64,000 bases of DNA, from contig JAUCBJ010008490.1 in assembly GCA_032718475.1 (NCBI GenBank), forward strand, positions 65,164 through 129,163. The letters are read 5' to 3'. How positions within the stretch are numbered: the first letter of the stretch is position 1; every line of letters starts with the position of its first letter. Source of the stretch: Nemertoderma westbladi (taxonomy: Eukaryota > Animalia > Xenacoelomorpha). The translations under genes and the position numbers were made by a program. The notes beneath the pieces were generated by a model. It did no database searches, was not told where the DNA came from, and was given only the letters and a program-made list of their open reading frames with translations. Below, in pieces: positions 1 through 17,505 of this stretch.

Positions 1-3000
1 ACTACGGATAATCCGAACGGATATACGGATACTACAGATAATCCGAACGGATATACGGATACTACGGATAAAATCCGAATGGATATACAGATACTATGGA
101 TAATCCGAACGGATATACGGATACTACGGATAAAATCCGAACGGATATACGGATACTACGGATAAAATCCGAACGGATATACGGATACTACGGATAAAAT
201 CAGAACGGATATACGGATACTACGGATAATCCGAACGGATATACGGATACTACAGATAATCCGAACGGATATACGGATACTACGGATAAAATCCGAACGG
301 ATATACAGATACTATGGATAATCCGAACGGATATACGGATACTACGGATAAAATCCGAACGGATATACGGATACTACGGATAAAATCCGAACGGATATAC
401 GGATACTACGGATAAAATCCGAACGGATATACGGATACTACGGATGAAATCCGAACGGATATACGGATACTACGGATAAAATCAGAACGGATATACGGAT
501 ACTACAGATAAAATCAGAACAGATATACGGATACTACGGATAAAATCACAAAGGATATATGGATAAAATCAGAATGGATATACGGATAATCCGAACGGAT
601 ATACGGATACTACGGATAATCCGAATGGATATTCGGATACAACGGATAAAATCCGAACGGATATACGGATACTACGGATAAAATCAGAACGGATATACGG
701 ATACTACGGATAAAATCCGAACGGATATACGGATACTACGGATAAAATCAGAACGGATATACGGATACTACGGATAAAATTAGAACAGATATACGGATAC
801 TACGGATAAAATCAGAAAAGATATATGGATAAAATCAGAACGGATATACGGATACTACGGATAATCCGAACGGATATACGGATACTATGGATAAAATCCG
901 AACGGATATACGGATACTACGGATAAAATCAGAACGGATATACGGATACTACGGATAAAATCAGAACAGATATACGGATACTACGGATAATCCGAACGGA
1001 TATACGGATACTACGGATAATCCGAATGGATATACGGATACAACGGATAAAATCCGAACAGATATACGGATACTACGGATAAAATCAGAACGGATATACG
1101 GATACTACGGATAAAATCAGAACGGATATACGGATACTACGGATAATCCGAACGGATATACGGATACTACGGATAATCCGAACGGATATACGGATACTAT
1201 GGATAAAATCAGAACGGATATACGGATACTACGGATAAAATCAGAACGGATATACGGATACTACGGATAAAATCAGAACAGATATATGGATACTACGGAT
1301 AAAATCAGAAAGGATATATGGATAAAATCAGAATGGATATACGGATAATCCGAACGGATATACGGATACTACGGATAATCCGAATGGATATACGGATACA
1401 ACGGATAAAATCCGAACGGATATACGGATACTACGGATAAAATCAGAACGGATATATGGATACTACGGATAAAATCCGAACGGATATACGGATACTACGG
1501 ATAAAATCAGAACGGATATACGGATACTACGGATAAAATCCGAACGGATATACGGATACTACGGATAAAATCAGAACGGATATACAGATACTACGGATAA
1601 AATCAGAACGGATATACGGATACTACAGATAATCCTAATGGATATACGGATACAACGGATAAAATCCGAACGGATATACGGATACTACGGATAAAATCAG
1701 AACGGATATACGGATACTACGGATAAAATCCGAACGGATATACGGATACTACGGATAAAATCAGAACGGATATACGGATACTACGGATAAAATCCGAACG
1801 GATATACGGATACAACGGATAAAATCAGAACGGATATACGGATACTACGGATTATCCGAACGGATATACGGATACTACGGATAATCCGAACGGATATACG
1901 GATACTATGGATAAAATCAGAACGGATATACGGATACTACGGATAAAATCAGAACGGATATACGGATACTACGGATAAAATCAGAACAGATATACGGATA
2001 CTACGGATAAAATCAGAAAGGATATACGGATACTACGGATAATCTGAATGGATATACGGATACAACGGATAAAATCCGAACGGATATACGGATACTACGG
2101 ATAAAATCAGAACGGATATACGGATAATCCGAACGGATATACGGATACTACGGATAATCCGAATGGATATATGGATACAACGGATAAAATCCGAACGGAT
2201 ATACGGATACTACGGATAAAATCAGAACGGATATACGGATACTACGGATAAAATCCGAACGGATATACGGATACTACGGATAAAATCAGAACGGATATAC
2301 GGATACTACGGATAATCCGAACGGATATACGGATACTACGGATAATCCGAACGGATATACGGATACTATGGATAAAATCAGAACGGATATACGGATACTA
2401 CGGATAAAATCAGAATGGATATACGGATACTACGGATAAAATCAGAACAGATATACGGATACTACGGATAAAATCAGAAAGGATATACGGATACTACGGA
2501 TAATCTGAATGGATATACGGATACAACGGATAAAATCCGAACGGATATACGGATACTACGGATAAAATCAGAACGGATATACGGATACTACGGATAATCC
2601 GAATGGATATACGGATACAACGGATAAAATCCGAACGGATATACGGATACTACGGATAAAATCAGAACGGATATACGGATACTACGGATAAAATCCGAAC
2701 GGATATACGGATACTACAGATAAAATCAGAACGGATATACGGATACTACGGATAAAATCAGAACGGATATACGGATACTACGGATAAAATCAGAACGGAT
2801 ATACGGATACTATGGATAATCCGAACGGATATACGGATACTACGGATAATCCGAATGGATATACGGATACAACGGATAAAATCAGAACGGATATACGGAT
2901 ACTACGGATAAAATCCGAACGGATATACGGATACTACGGATAAAATCAGAACGGATATACGGATACTACGGATAAAATCCGAACGGATATACGGATACTA

Positions 3001-6000
3001 CGGATAATCCGAACTGATATACGGATACTACGGATAAAATCCGAACGGATATATGGATACTACGGATAAAATCCGAACGGATATACGGATACTATGGATA
3101 AAATCCGAACGGATATACGGATACTACGGATAATCCGAACGGATATACGGATACTACGGATAAAATCAGAACGGATATACGGATACTACGGATAAAATCA
3201 GAACGGATATATGGATACTATGGATAATCCGAACGGATATACGGATACTACGGATAAAATCAGAACGGATATACGGATACTACGGATAAAATCAGAAAGG
3301 ATATATGGATAAAATCAGAACGGATATACGGATAATCAGAACGGATATACGGATACTACGGATAATCCGAACGGATATACGGATACTACGGATAATCCGA
3401 ATGGATATACGGATACTACGGATAAAATCAGAAAGGATATACGGATACTACGGATAAAATCAGAAAGGATATACGGATACTATGGATAAAATCAGAAAGG
3501 ATATACGGATACTATGGATAAAATCAGAACGGATATACGGATACTACGGATAAAATCCGAACAGATATACGGATACTACGGATAAAATCAGAACGGATAT
3601 ACGGATAATCCGAACGGATATACGGATACTACGGATAATCCGAATGGATATATGGATACAACGGATAAAATCCGAACAGATATACGGATACTACGGATAA
3701 AATCAGAACGGATATACGGATACTACGGATAAAATCCGAACGGATATACGGATACTACGGATAAAATCAGAACGGATATACGGATACTACGGATAATCCG
3801 AACGGATATACGGATACTACGGATAATCCGAACGGATATACGGATACTATGGATAAAATCAGAACGGATATACGGATACTACGGATAAAATCAGAATGGA
3901 TATACGGATACTACGGATAAAATCAGAACAGATATACGGATACTACGGATAAAATCAGAAAGGATATACGGATACTACGGATAATCTGAATGGATATACG
4001 GATACAACGGATAAAATCCGAACGGATATACGGATACTACGGATAAAATCAGAACGGATATACGGATACTACGGATAATCCGAATGGATATACGGATACA
4101 ACGGATAAAATCCGAACGGATATACGGATACTACGGATAAAATCAGAACGGATATACGGATACTACGGATAAAATCCGAACGGATATACGGATACTACGG
4201 ATAAAATCAGAACGGATATACGGATACTACGGATAAAATCAGAACGGATATACGGATACTACGGATAAAATCAGAACGGATATACGGATACTATGGATAA
4301 TCCGAACGGATATACGGATACTACGGATAATCCGAATGGATATACGGATACAACGGATAAAATCAGAACGGATATACGGATACTACGGATAAAATCCGAA
4401 CGGATATACGGATACTACGGATAAAATCAGAACGGATATACGGATACTACGGATAAAATCCGAACGGATATACGGATACTACGGATAATCCGAACTGATA
4501 TACGGATACTACGGATAAAATCCGAACGGATATATGGATACTACGGATAAAATCCGAACGGATATACGGATACTATCGGATAAAATCCGAACGGATATAC
4601 GGATACTACGGATAATCCGAACGGATATACGGATACTACGGATAAAATCAGAACGGATATACGGATACTACGGATAAAATCCGAACGGATATATGGATAC
4701 TACGGATAAAATCAGAACGGATATACGGATACTACGGATAAAATCCGAACGGATATACGGATACTACGGATAAAATCAGAACGGATATACGGATACTACG
4801 GATAAAATCAGAACGGATATACGGATACTACGGATAATCCGAATGGATATACGGATACTACGGATAAAATCCGAACGGATATACGGATACTACGGATAAA
4901 ATCAGAACGGATATACGGATACTACGGATAAAATCCGAACGGATATACGGATACTACGGATAAAATCAGAACGGATATACGGATACTACGGATAAAATCC
5001 AGAACGGATATACGGATACTACGGATAAAATCCGAACGGATATACGGATACTATGGATAAAATCCGAACGGATATACAGATACTACGGATAAAATCAGAA
5101 TGGATATACGGATACTACGGATAATCCGAACGGATATACGGATACTACAGATAAAATCAGAACGGATATACGGATACTACGGATAATCCGAACGGATATA
5201 CGGATACTACGGATAATCCGAACGGATATACGGATACTACGGATAAAATCCGAACGGATATACGGATACTACGGATAAAATCCGAACGGATATACGGATA
5301 CTACGGATAAAATCCGAACGGATATACGGATACTACGGATAAAATCGAACGGATATACGGATACTACGGATAAAATCAGAACGGATATACGGATACTACG
5401 GATAATCCGAACGGATATACGGATACTACGGATAATCCGAACGGATATACGGATACTATGGATAAAATCAGAACGGATATACGGATACTACGGATAAAAT
5501 CAGAACGGATATACGGATACTACGGATAAAATCAGAACAGATATACGGATACTACGGATAAAATCAGAAAGGATATATGGATAAAATCAGAACGGATATA
5601 CGGATACTACGGATATCAGGATATACGGATACAACGGATAAAATCCGAACGGATATACGGATACTACGGATAAAATCAGAACGGATATACGGATACTACG
5701 GATAAAATCCGAACGGATATACGGATACTACGGATAAAATCCGAACGGATATACGGATACTACGGATAAAATCAGAACGGATATACGGATACTACGGATA
5801 AAATCCGAATGGATATACGGATACTACGGATAAAATCCGAACGGATATACGGATACTACGGATAAAATCCGAACGGATATACGGATACTACAGATAATCC
5901 GAACGGATATACGGATACTACGGATAAAATCAGAACGGATATACGGATACTATGGATAAAATCAGAATGGATATACGGATACTATGGATAAAATCAGAAC

Positions 6001-9000
6001 GGATATACGGATACTACGGATAAAATCCGAACGGATATACGGATACTACGGATAATCCGAACGGATATACGGATACTATGGATAAAATCAGAACGGATAT
6101 ACGGATACTACGGATAAAATCCGAACGGATATACGGATACTACGGATAATCCGAACGGATATACGGATACTACGGATAATCCGAACGGATATATGGATAC
6201 TACGGATAAAATCCGAACGGATATACGGATACTACGGATAAAATCCGAACGGATATACGGATACTACGGATAATCCGAACGGATATACGGATACTACGGA
6301 TAAAATCCGAATGGATATACGGATACTACGGATAAAATCCGAACGGATATACGGATACTACGGATAAAATCCGAACGGATATACGGATACTACGGATAAA
6401 ATCCGAACGGATATACGGATACTACGGATAAAATCAGAACGGATATACGGATACTACGGATAATCCGAACGGATATACGGATACTACGGATAATCCGAAC
6501 GGATATACGGATACTACGGATAAAATCAGAACGGATATACGGATACTACGGATAAAATCAGAACGGATATACAGATACTACGGATAAAATCAGAACAGAT
6601 ATACGGATACTACGGATAAAATCAGAAAGGATATATGGATAAAATCAGAACGGATATACGGATAATCCGAACGGATATACGGATACTACGGATAATCCGA
6701 ATGGATATACGGATACTACGGATAAAATCCGAACGGATATACGGATACTATGGATAAAATCAGAACGGATATACGGATACTACGGATAAAATCCGAACGG
6801 ATATACGGATACTACGGATAAAATCAGAACGGATATACGGATACTACGGATAAAATCCGAACGGATATACGGATACTACGGATAAAATCCGAACGGATAT
6901 ACGGATACTACGGATAAAATCAGAACGGATATACGGATACTACGGATAATCCGAATGGATATACGGATACTACGGATAAAATCCGAACGGATATACGGAT
7001 ACTACGGATAAAATCAGAACGGATATACGGATACTACGGATAAAATCCAGAACGGATATACGGATACTACGGATAAAATCAGAACGGATATACGGATACT
7101 ACGGATAAAATCCGAACGGATATACGGATACTACGGATAAAATCCGAACGGATATACGGATACTACGGATAATCCGAACGGATATACGGATACTACGGAT
7201 AATCCGAACGGATATACGGATACTACGGATAAAATCAGAACGGATATACGGATACTACGGATAAAATCCGAACGGATATACGGATACTACGGATAAAATC
7301 AGAACGGATATACGGATACTACGGATAATCCGAACGGATATACGGATACTACGGATAATCCGAACGGATATACGGATACTACGGATAAAATCCGAACGGA
7401 TATACGGATACTACGGATAAAATCAGAACGGATATACGGATACTACGGATAAAATCAGAACAGATATACGGATACTACGGATAAAATCAGAAAGGATATA
7501 CGGATAAAATCCGAACGGATATACGGATACTACGGATAAAATCAGAACGGATATACGGATACTACGGATAAAATCAGAACGGATATACGGATACTACGGA
7601 TAAAATCAGAACGGATATACGGATACTACGGATAAAATCAGAAAGGATATATGGATAAAATCAGAACGGATATACGGATAATCCGAACGGATATACGGAT
7701 ACTACGGATAATCCGAATGGATATACGGATACAACGGATAAAATCCGAACGGATATACGGATACTACGGATAAAATCAGAACGGATATACGGATACTACG
7801 GATAAAATCCGAACGGATATACGGATACTACGGATAATCCGAACGGATATACGGATACTACGGATAATCCGAACGGATATACGGATACTACGGATAAAAT
7901 CAGAACGGATATACGGATACTACGGATAATCCGAACGGATATACGGATACTACGGATAAAATCAGAACGGATATACGGATACTACGGATAAAATCCGAAC
8001 GGATATACGGATACTACGGATAAAATCAGAACGGATATACGGATACTACGGATAAAATCCGAACGGATATACGGATACTACGGATAATCCGAACGGATAT
8101 ACGGATACTACGGATAATCCGAACGGATATACGGATACTACGGATAATCCGAATGGATACACGGATACAACGGATAAAATCAGAACGGATATACGGATAC
8201 TACGGATAAAATCCGAACGGATACTACGGATAAAATCCTAACGGATATACGGATACTACGGATAAAATCAGAACGGATATACGGATACTACGGATAATCC
8301 GAATGGATATACGGATACTACGGATAAAATCAGAACGGATATACAGATACTACGGATAATCCGAACGGATATACGGATACTACGGATAAAATCCGAACGG
8401 ATATACGGATACTACGGATAAAATCCGAACGGATATACGGATACTACGGATAAAATCAGAATGGATATACGGATACTACGGATAATCCGAACAGATATAC
8501 GGATACTACGGATAATCCGAACGGATATACGGATACTACGGATAATCCGAATGGATATACGGATACTACGGATAAAATCAGAACGGATATACGGATACTA
8601 CGGATAAAATCCGAACGGATATACGGATACTACGGATAAAATCCGAACGGATATACGGATACTACGGATAAAATCCGAACGGATATACGGATACTACGGA
8701 TAAAATCCGAACGGATATACGGATACTACAGATAATCCGAACGGATATACAGATACTACGGATAATCCGAATGGATATACGGATACTACGGATAATCCGA
8801 ATGGATATACTGATACTACGGATAAAATCCGAACGGATATACGGATACTACGGCTAATCCGAACAGATATACGGATACTACGGATAATCCGAATGGATAT
8901 ACGGATACTACGGATAAAATCCGAACGGATATACGGATACTACGGATAATCCGAACAGATATACGGATACTACGGATAATCCGAACGGATATACGGATAC

Positions 9001-12000
9001 TATGGATAAAATCCGAACGGATATACGGATACTACGGATAATCCGTACGGATATACGGATACTACGGATAATCCGAATGGATATACGGATACTACGGATA
9101 AAATCCGAATGGATATACGGATACTACGGACAAAATCCGAACGGATATACAGATACTACGGATAATCCGAACAGATATACGGATACTACGGATAATCCGA
9201 ATGGATATACGGATACTACGGATAATCCGAATGGATATACTGAAACTACGGATAAAATCAGAACGGATATACAGATAATCAGAACGGATATACGGATACT
9301 ACGGATAAAATCAGAATGGATATACGGATACTACGGATAAAATAAGAACGGATATACGGATACTACGGATAAAATCCGAACGGATATACGGATACTACGG
9401 ATAAAATCCGAACGGATATACGGATACTACGGATAAAATCCGAACTGATATACGGATACTACGGATAAAATCCGAACGGATGGATACTATGGATAAAATC
9501 CGAACGGATATACGGATACTACGGATAAAATCCGAACGGATATACGGATACTACGGATAAAATCCGAACGGATATACGGATACTACGGATAAAATCAGAA
9601 CGGATATACGGATACTACGGATAATCCGAACGGATATACGGATACTACGGATAATCCGAACGGATATACGGATACTACGGATAATCCGAATGGATATATG
9701 GATACTACAGATAAAATCCGAACGGATATACGGATACTACGGATAAAATCCGAACGGATATACGGATACTACGGATAAAATCAGAACGGATATATGGATA
9801 CTACGGATAATCCGAACGGATATACGGATACTACGGATAATCCGAACGGATATACGGATACTACGGATAAAATCCGAACGGATATACAGATACTACGGAT
9901 AAAATCAGAAAGGATATACGGATACTACGGATAATCCGAACGGATATACGGATACTACGGATAATCCGAACGGATATACGGATACTACGGATAAAATCCG
10001 AACGGATATACGGATACTACGGATAATCCGAACGGATATACGGATACTACGGATAATCCGAACGGATATACGGATACTACGGATAATCCGAACGGATATA
10101 CGGATACTACGGATAAAATCAGAAAGGATATACGGATACTACGGATAATCCGAACGGATATACGGATACTACGGATAATCCGAACGGATATACGGATACT
10201 ACGGATAATCCGAACGGATATACGGATACTACGGATAATCCGAACGGATATACGGATACTACGGATAATCCGAACGGATATACGGATACTACGGATAATC
10301 CGAACGGATATACGGATACTACGGATAAAATCAGAAAGGATATACAGATACTACGGATAATCCGAACGGATATACGGATACTACGGATAAAATCCGAACG
10401 GATATATGGATACTATGGATAAAATCCGAACGGATATACGGATACTACGGATAAAATCCGAACGGATATACGGATACTACGGATAAAATCAGAACGGATA
10501 TACGGATACTACGGATAATCCGAACGGATATAAGGATACTACGGATAATCCGAACGGATATACGGATACTACGGATAATCCGAATGGATATACGGATACT
10601 ACGGATAAAATCCGAACGGATATACAGATACTACGGGTAAAATCAGAAAGGATATACGGATACTACGGATAATCCGAACGGATATACGGATACTACGGAT
10701 AATCCGAACGGATATACGGATACTACGGATAAAATCCGAACGGATATACGGATACTACGGATAATCCGAACTGATATACGGATACTACGGATAATCTGAA
10801 CGGATATACGGATACTACGGATAATCCGAACGGATATACGGATACTACGGATAAAATCCGAACAGATATACGGATACTACGGATAAAATCCGAACGGATA
10901 CTAGGATAAAATCCGAACGGATATACGGATACTACGGATAAAATCCGAACGGATATACGGATACTACGGATAAAATCCGAACGGATATACGGATACTACG
11001 GATAAAATCCGAACGGATATACGGATACTATGGATAAAATCCGAACGGATATACGGATACTATGGATAAAATCCGAACGAATATACGGATACTACGGATA
11101 ATCCGAACGGATATACGGATACTACGGATAAAATCCGAACGAATATATGGATACTACGGATAATCCGAATGGATATACGGATACTACGGATAAAATCCGA
11201 ACGGATATACGGATACTACGGATAATCCGAACGGATATATGGATACTATGGATAAAATCCGAACGGATATACGGATACTACGGATAATCCGAACGGATAT
11301 ACGGATACTACGGATAAAATCCGAACGAATATATGGATACTACGGATAATCCGAACGGATATACGGATACTACGGATAAAATCCGAACGGATATACGGAT
11401 ACTACGGATAAAATCCGAACGGATATATGGATACTATGGATAAAATCCGAACGGATATACGGATACTACGGATAAAATCCGAACGGATATACGGATACTA
11501 CGGATAAAATCAGAACGGATATACGGATACTACGGATAATCCAAACGGATATAAGGATACTACGGATAATCCGAACGGATATACGGATACTACGGATAAT
11601 CCGAATGGATATACGGATACTACGGATAAAATCCGAACGGATATACAGATACTACAGATAAAATCAGAAAGGATATACGGATACTACGGATAATCCGAAT
11701 GGATATACGGATACTACGGATAATCCGAACGGATATACGGATACTACGGATAAAATCCGAACGGATATACGGATACTACGGATAATCCGAACTGATATAC
11801 GGATACTACGGATAATCCGAACGGATATACGGATACTACGGATAATCCGAACGGATATACGGATACTACGGATAAAATCCGAACGGATATACGGATACTA
11901 CGGATAAAATCCGAACGGATACTAGGATAAAATCCGAACGGATATACGGATACTACGGATAAAATCCGAACGGATATACAGATACTACAGATAAAATCCG

Positions 12001-15000
12001 AACGGATATACGGATACTATGGATAAAATCCGAACGGATATACGGATACTACGGATAAAATCCGAACGAATATACGGATACTACGGATAATCCGAACGGA
12101 TATACGGATACTACGGATAAAATCCGAACGAATATATGGATACTACGGATAATCCGAACGGATATACGGATACTACGGATAAAATCCGAATGGATATACG
12201 GATACTACGGATAATCCGAACGAATATACGGATACTACGGATAAAATCCGAACGGATATCTGGATACTACGGATAATCCGAAAGGATATACGGATACTAC
12301 GGATAATCCGAATGGATATACGGATACTACGGATAAAATCAGAACGGATATACGGATACTACGGATAAAATCAGAAAGGATATACGGATACTTCGGATAA
12401 AATCCGAAAGGATATACGGATACTACGGATAAAATCCGAACGGATATACAGATACTACGGATAAAATCAGAACGGATATACGGATACTACGGATAAAATC
12501 CGAACGGATATACGGATACTACGGATAAAATCCGAACGGATATACGGATACTACGGATAAAATCCGAACGGATATACGGATACTACGGATAATCCAAATG
12601 GATATACGGATACTACGGATAAAATCAGAACGGATATACGGATACTACGGATAAAATCAGAAAGGATATACGGATACTACGGATAAAATCAGAACGGATA
12701 TACGGATACTACGGATAATCCGAACAGATATACGGATACTACGGATAATCCGAATGGATATACGGATACTACGGATAATCCGAATGGATATACTGAAACT
12801 ACGGATAAAATCAGAACGGATATACGGATAATCAGAACGGATATACGGATACTACGGATAAAATCAGAACGGATATACGGATACTACGGATAAAATCCGA
12901 ACAGATATACGGATACTACGGATAAAATCCGAACGGATATACGGATACTACGGATAAAATCCGAACGGATATACGGATACTACGGATAAAATCCGAACGG
13001 ATATACGGATACTACGGATAAAATCCGAACGGATATACGGATACTACGGATAAAATCCGAACGGATATACGGATACTACGGATAAAATCCGAACGGATAT
13101 ACGGATACTACGGATAAAATCCGAACGGATATACGGATACTACGGATAAAATCAGAACGGATATACGGATACTACGGATAATCCGAACGGATATACGGAT
13201 ACTACGGATAATTCGAACGGATATACAGATACTACGGATAAAATCCGAACGGATATACAGATACTACGGATAAAATCAGAAAGGATATACGGATACTACG
13301 GATAATCCGAACGGATATACGGATACTACGGATAATCCGAACGGATATACGGATACTACGGATAAAATCCGAACGGATATACGGATACTACAGATAATCC
13401 GAACGGATATACGGATACTACGGATAATCCGAACGGATATACGGATACTACGGATAATCCGAACGGATATACGGATACTACGGATAAAATCAGAAAGGAT
13501 ATACGGATACTACGGATAATCCGAACGGATATACGGATACTACGGATAATTCGAACGGATATACGGATACTACGGATAATCCGAATGGATATATGGATAC
13601 TACAGATAAAATCCGAACGGATATACGGATACTACGGATAAAATCCGAACGGATATACGGATACTACGGATAAAATCAGAACGGATATACGGATACTACG
13701 GATAATCCGAACGGATATACGGATACTACGGATAATCCGAACGGATATACAGATACTACGGATAAAATCCGAACGGATATACAGATACTACGGATAAAAT
13801 CAGAAAGGATATACGGATACTACGGATAATCCGAACGGATATACGGATACTACGGATAATCCGAACGGATATACGGATACTACGGATAAAATCCGAACGG
13901 ATATACGGATACTACAGATAATCCGAACGGATATACGGATACTACGGATAATCCGAACGGATATACGGATACTACGGATAATCCGAACGGATATACGGAT
14001 ACTACGGATAAAATCAGAAAGGATATACGGATACTACGGATAATCCGAACGGATATACGGATACTACGGATAATCCGAACGGATATACGGATACTACGGA
14101 TAATCCGAACGGATATACGGATACTACGGATAATCCGAACGGATATACGGATACTACGGATATACGGATACTACGGATAATCCGAACGGATATACGGATA
14201 CTACGGATAAAATCAGAAAGGATATACGGATACTACGGATAATCCGAACGGATATACGGATACTACGGATAATCCGAACGGATATACGGATACTACAGAT
14301 ACTATGGATAAAATCCGAACGGATATATGGATACTATGGATAAAATCCGAACGGATATACGGATACTACGGATAAAATCCGAACGGATATACGGATACTA
14401 CGGATAAAATCAGAACGGATATACGGATACTACGGATAATCCGAACGGATATAAGGATACTACGGATAATCCGAACGGATATACGGATACTACGGATAAT
14501 CCGAATGGATATACGGATACTACGGATAAAATCCGAACGGATATACAGATACTACGGATAAAATCAGAAAGGATATACGGATACTACGGATAATCCGAAC
14601 GGATATACGGATACTACGGATAATCCGAACGGATATACGGATACTACGGATAAAATCCGAACGGATATACGGATACTACGGATAATCCGAACTGATATAC
14701 GGATACTACGGATAATCCGAACGGATATACGGATACTACGGATAATCCGAACGGATATACGGATACTACGGATAAAATCCGAACGGATACTACGGATAAA
14801 ATCCGAACGGATACTAGGATAAAATCCGAACGGATATACGGATACTACGGATAAAATCCGAACGGATATACGGATACTAAGGATAAAATCCGAACGGATA
14901 TACGGATACTACGGATAAAATCCGAATGGATATACGGATACTATGGATAAAATCCGAACGGATATACGGATACTACGGATAAAATCCGAATGAATATACA

Positions 15001-16456
15001 GATACTACGGATAATCCGAACGGATATACGGATACTACGGATAAAATCCGAACGAATATATGGATACTACGGATAATCCGAACGGATATACGGATACTAC
15101 GGATAAAATCCGAACGGATATACGGATACTACGGATAATCCGAACGGATATATGGATACTATGGATAAAATCCGAACGGATATACGGATACTACGGATAA
15201 TCCGAACGGATATACGGATACTACGGATAAAATCCGAATGAATATATGGATACTACGGATAATCCGAACGGATATACGGATACTACGGATAAAATCCGAA
15301 CGGATATATGGATACTATGGATAAAATCCGAACGGATATATGGATACTATGGATAAAATCCGAACGGATATACGGATACTACGGATAAAATCCGAACGGA
15401 TATACGGATACTACGGATAAAATCAGAACGGATATACGGATACTACGGATAATCCGAACGGATATAAGGATACTACGGATAATCCGAACGGATATACGGA
15501 TACTACGGATAATCCGAATGGATATATGGATACTACGGATAAAATCCGAACGGATATACAGATACTACGGATAAAATCAGAAAGGATATACGGATACTAC
15601 GGATAATCCGAACGGATATACGGATACTACGGATAATCCGAACGGATATACGGATACTACGGATAAAATCCGAACGGATATACGGATACTACGGATAATC
15701 CGAACTGATATACAGATACTACGGATAATCCGAACGGATATACGGATACTACGGATAATCCGAACGGATATACGGATACTACGGATAAAATCCGAACGGA
15801 TATACGGATACTACGGATAAAATCCGAACGGATACTAGGATAAAATCCGAACGGATATACGGATACTACGGATAAAATCCGAACGGATATACGGATACTA
15901 TGGATAAAATCCGAACGGATATACGGATACTACGGATAAAATCCGAACGGATATACGGATACTATGGATAAAATCCGAACGGATATACGGATACTACGGA
16001 TAAAATCCGAACGAATATACGGATACTACGGATAATCCGAACGGATATACGGATACTACGGATAAAATCCGAACGAATATATGGATACTACGGATAATCC
16101 GAACGGATATACGGATACTACGGATAAAATCCGAACGGATATACGGATACTACGGATAATCCGAACGAATATACGGATACTACGGATAAAATCCGAACGG
16201 ATATCTGGATACTACGGATAATCCGAAAGGATATACGGATACTACGGATAATCCGAATGGATATACGGATACTACGGATAAAATCAGAACGGATATACGG
16301 ATACTACGGATAAAATCAGAAAGGATATACGGATACTTCGGATAAAATCCGAAAGGATATATGGATACTACGGATAAAATCCGAACGGATATACAGATAC
16401 TACAGATAAAATCAGAACGGATATACGGATACTACGGATAAAATCCGAACGGATAA
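1..16456. repeat. Satellite A tandem array, block 1 (monomer GGATATACGGATACTACGGAT[AA]AATC[C/A]GAAC, 32 or 30 bp)
   Basis: Continuous head-to-tail repeats; 32-bp (GGATAAAATC) and 30-bp (GGATAATC) variants interspersed; three CGGATA subrepeats per monomer. Runs off the left edge of the window. Confidence 0.98.
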
Positions 16457-16506
16457 TAGAGGCAATCCTGCAATTAATACATCAAGACGACCCCGAATTT
16501 ACCGGT

Positions 16507-17505
16507 ATGCCGGCAACAAAGCAGGATATTCTAGACGAACTTAAAAATGAACTTCCTTCGGTAATTCGATTAGCATACAATCACGTCCACCAAGCTATAA
16601 CTACAACCAACGTTCCTCATAGTTATACGCCAACTATTGAAACTACAATAACTCATCCAATAGCAATTAAACTGCCTACATTTTATGAAAAAGATTCGAG
16701 AGTTTGGTTTGACCAAATTGAACAAATCCTTTCGAATACTCCAGAGGATATTAAAAAGAACAGCCTTTTGCGAGTATTACCAACGAATGTTATTCTCGAC
16801 AGCGGTACGCAGGTTTCCGACGATTTTACAACAATAAAACTCTGTGTAATTAAATTCTTCGATGATAGCGAAGAAAAACGTCTAAAGAGACTCCTTAAAG
16901 AACAACACCTCGGAGACCGAAAACCCTCTGTTACCCTGCGACAACTTCAACGTTTGGCACCTAACAATGAAAACCTTGTAAAGTTGCGATTCCTAGAATT
17001 ATTGCCAGAACCGGTGCGTTTGGCGTTAATATCCATCGATGGAGTAGCCTTGGAGAAACTCGCGGAAATCGCGGATCGAATGGTCGAACAATTGTCGACC
17101 AATGATACAACTAATGTAAACCGAGTCACAATTCCAGGTAATAGTGCAACTGGGGGAGTAGTCCCTGAAACAGGAAACCCTATGGAAATGTGGTGCAACA
17201 ACATGACAAAACAATTATCGACATTAACGCAAGCAATCGATCGTCTATCACATCGAGATGACCATTCTCCTAACCGTGGTCGTAGTCGATATCATGGACG
17301 AAATCCAATCTCCGCCGAACGATCACCTTCAGCTGGAAGAGAATACCGACAACATCGCTCTAAGTCGCGTTCCTTCAACCCGGAAGGAAAATTCTGCTAC
17401 TACCACTGGAGGTTCGGAAGGAAAGCAACCAAATGTTCTGGTCCCGAAAGTTGCAGTTGGAGAGATGGACCACGCGAACCCTTAAACTCACAGTCGGGAA
17501 ACTAA
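16507..17505 (+). pseudogene. gag: Gag, copy 1 (start codon and first ~15 codons deleted; ORF runs from an internal Met)
   Basis: Near-identical to 28180-29271 from Met32 onward; CYYHWRFGRKATKCSGPESC (CHCC) motif. Confidence 0.9.

Noticed and set aside
4560-7060. Odd single-base indel monomers (TACTATCGG, ATCCAGAAC, AATCGAAC, GGATATCAGG)
   Set aside because: They look like hybrids of the two common variants and are probably consensus errors; fine structure here should be treated with caution.
9002-9340. Repetitive ORFs in SatA (also 23275-23475, 35169-35369, 35385-35576)
   Set aside because: Chance stop-free translations of the 30/32-bp satellite.
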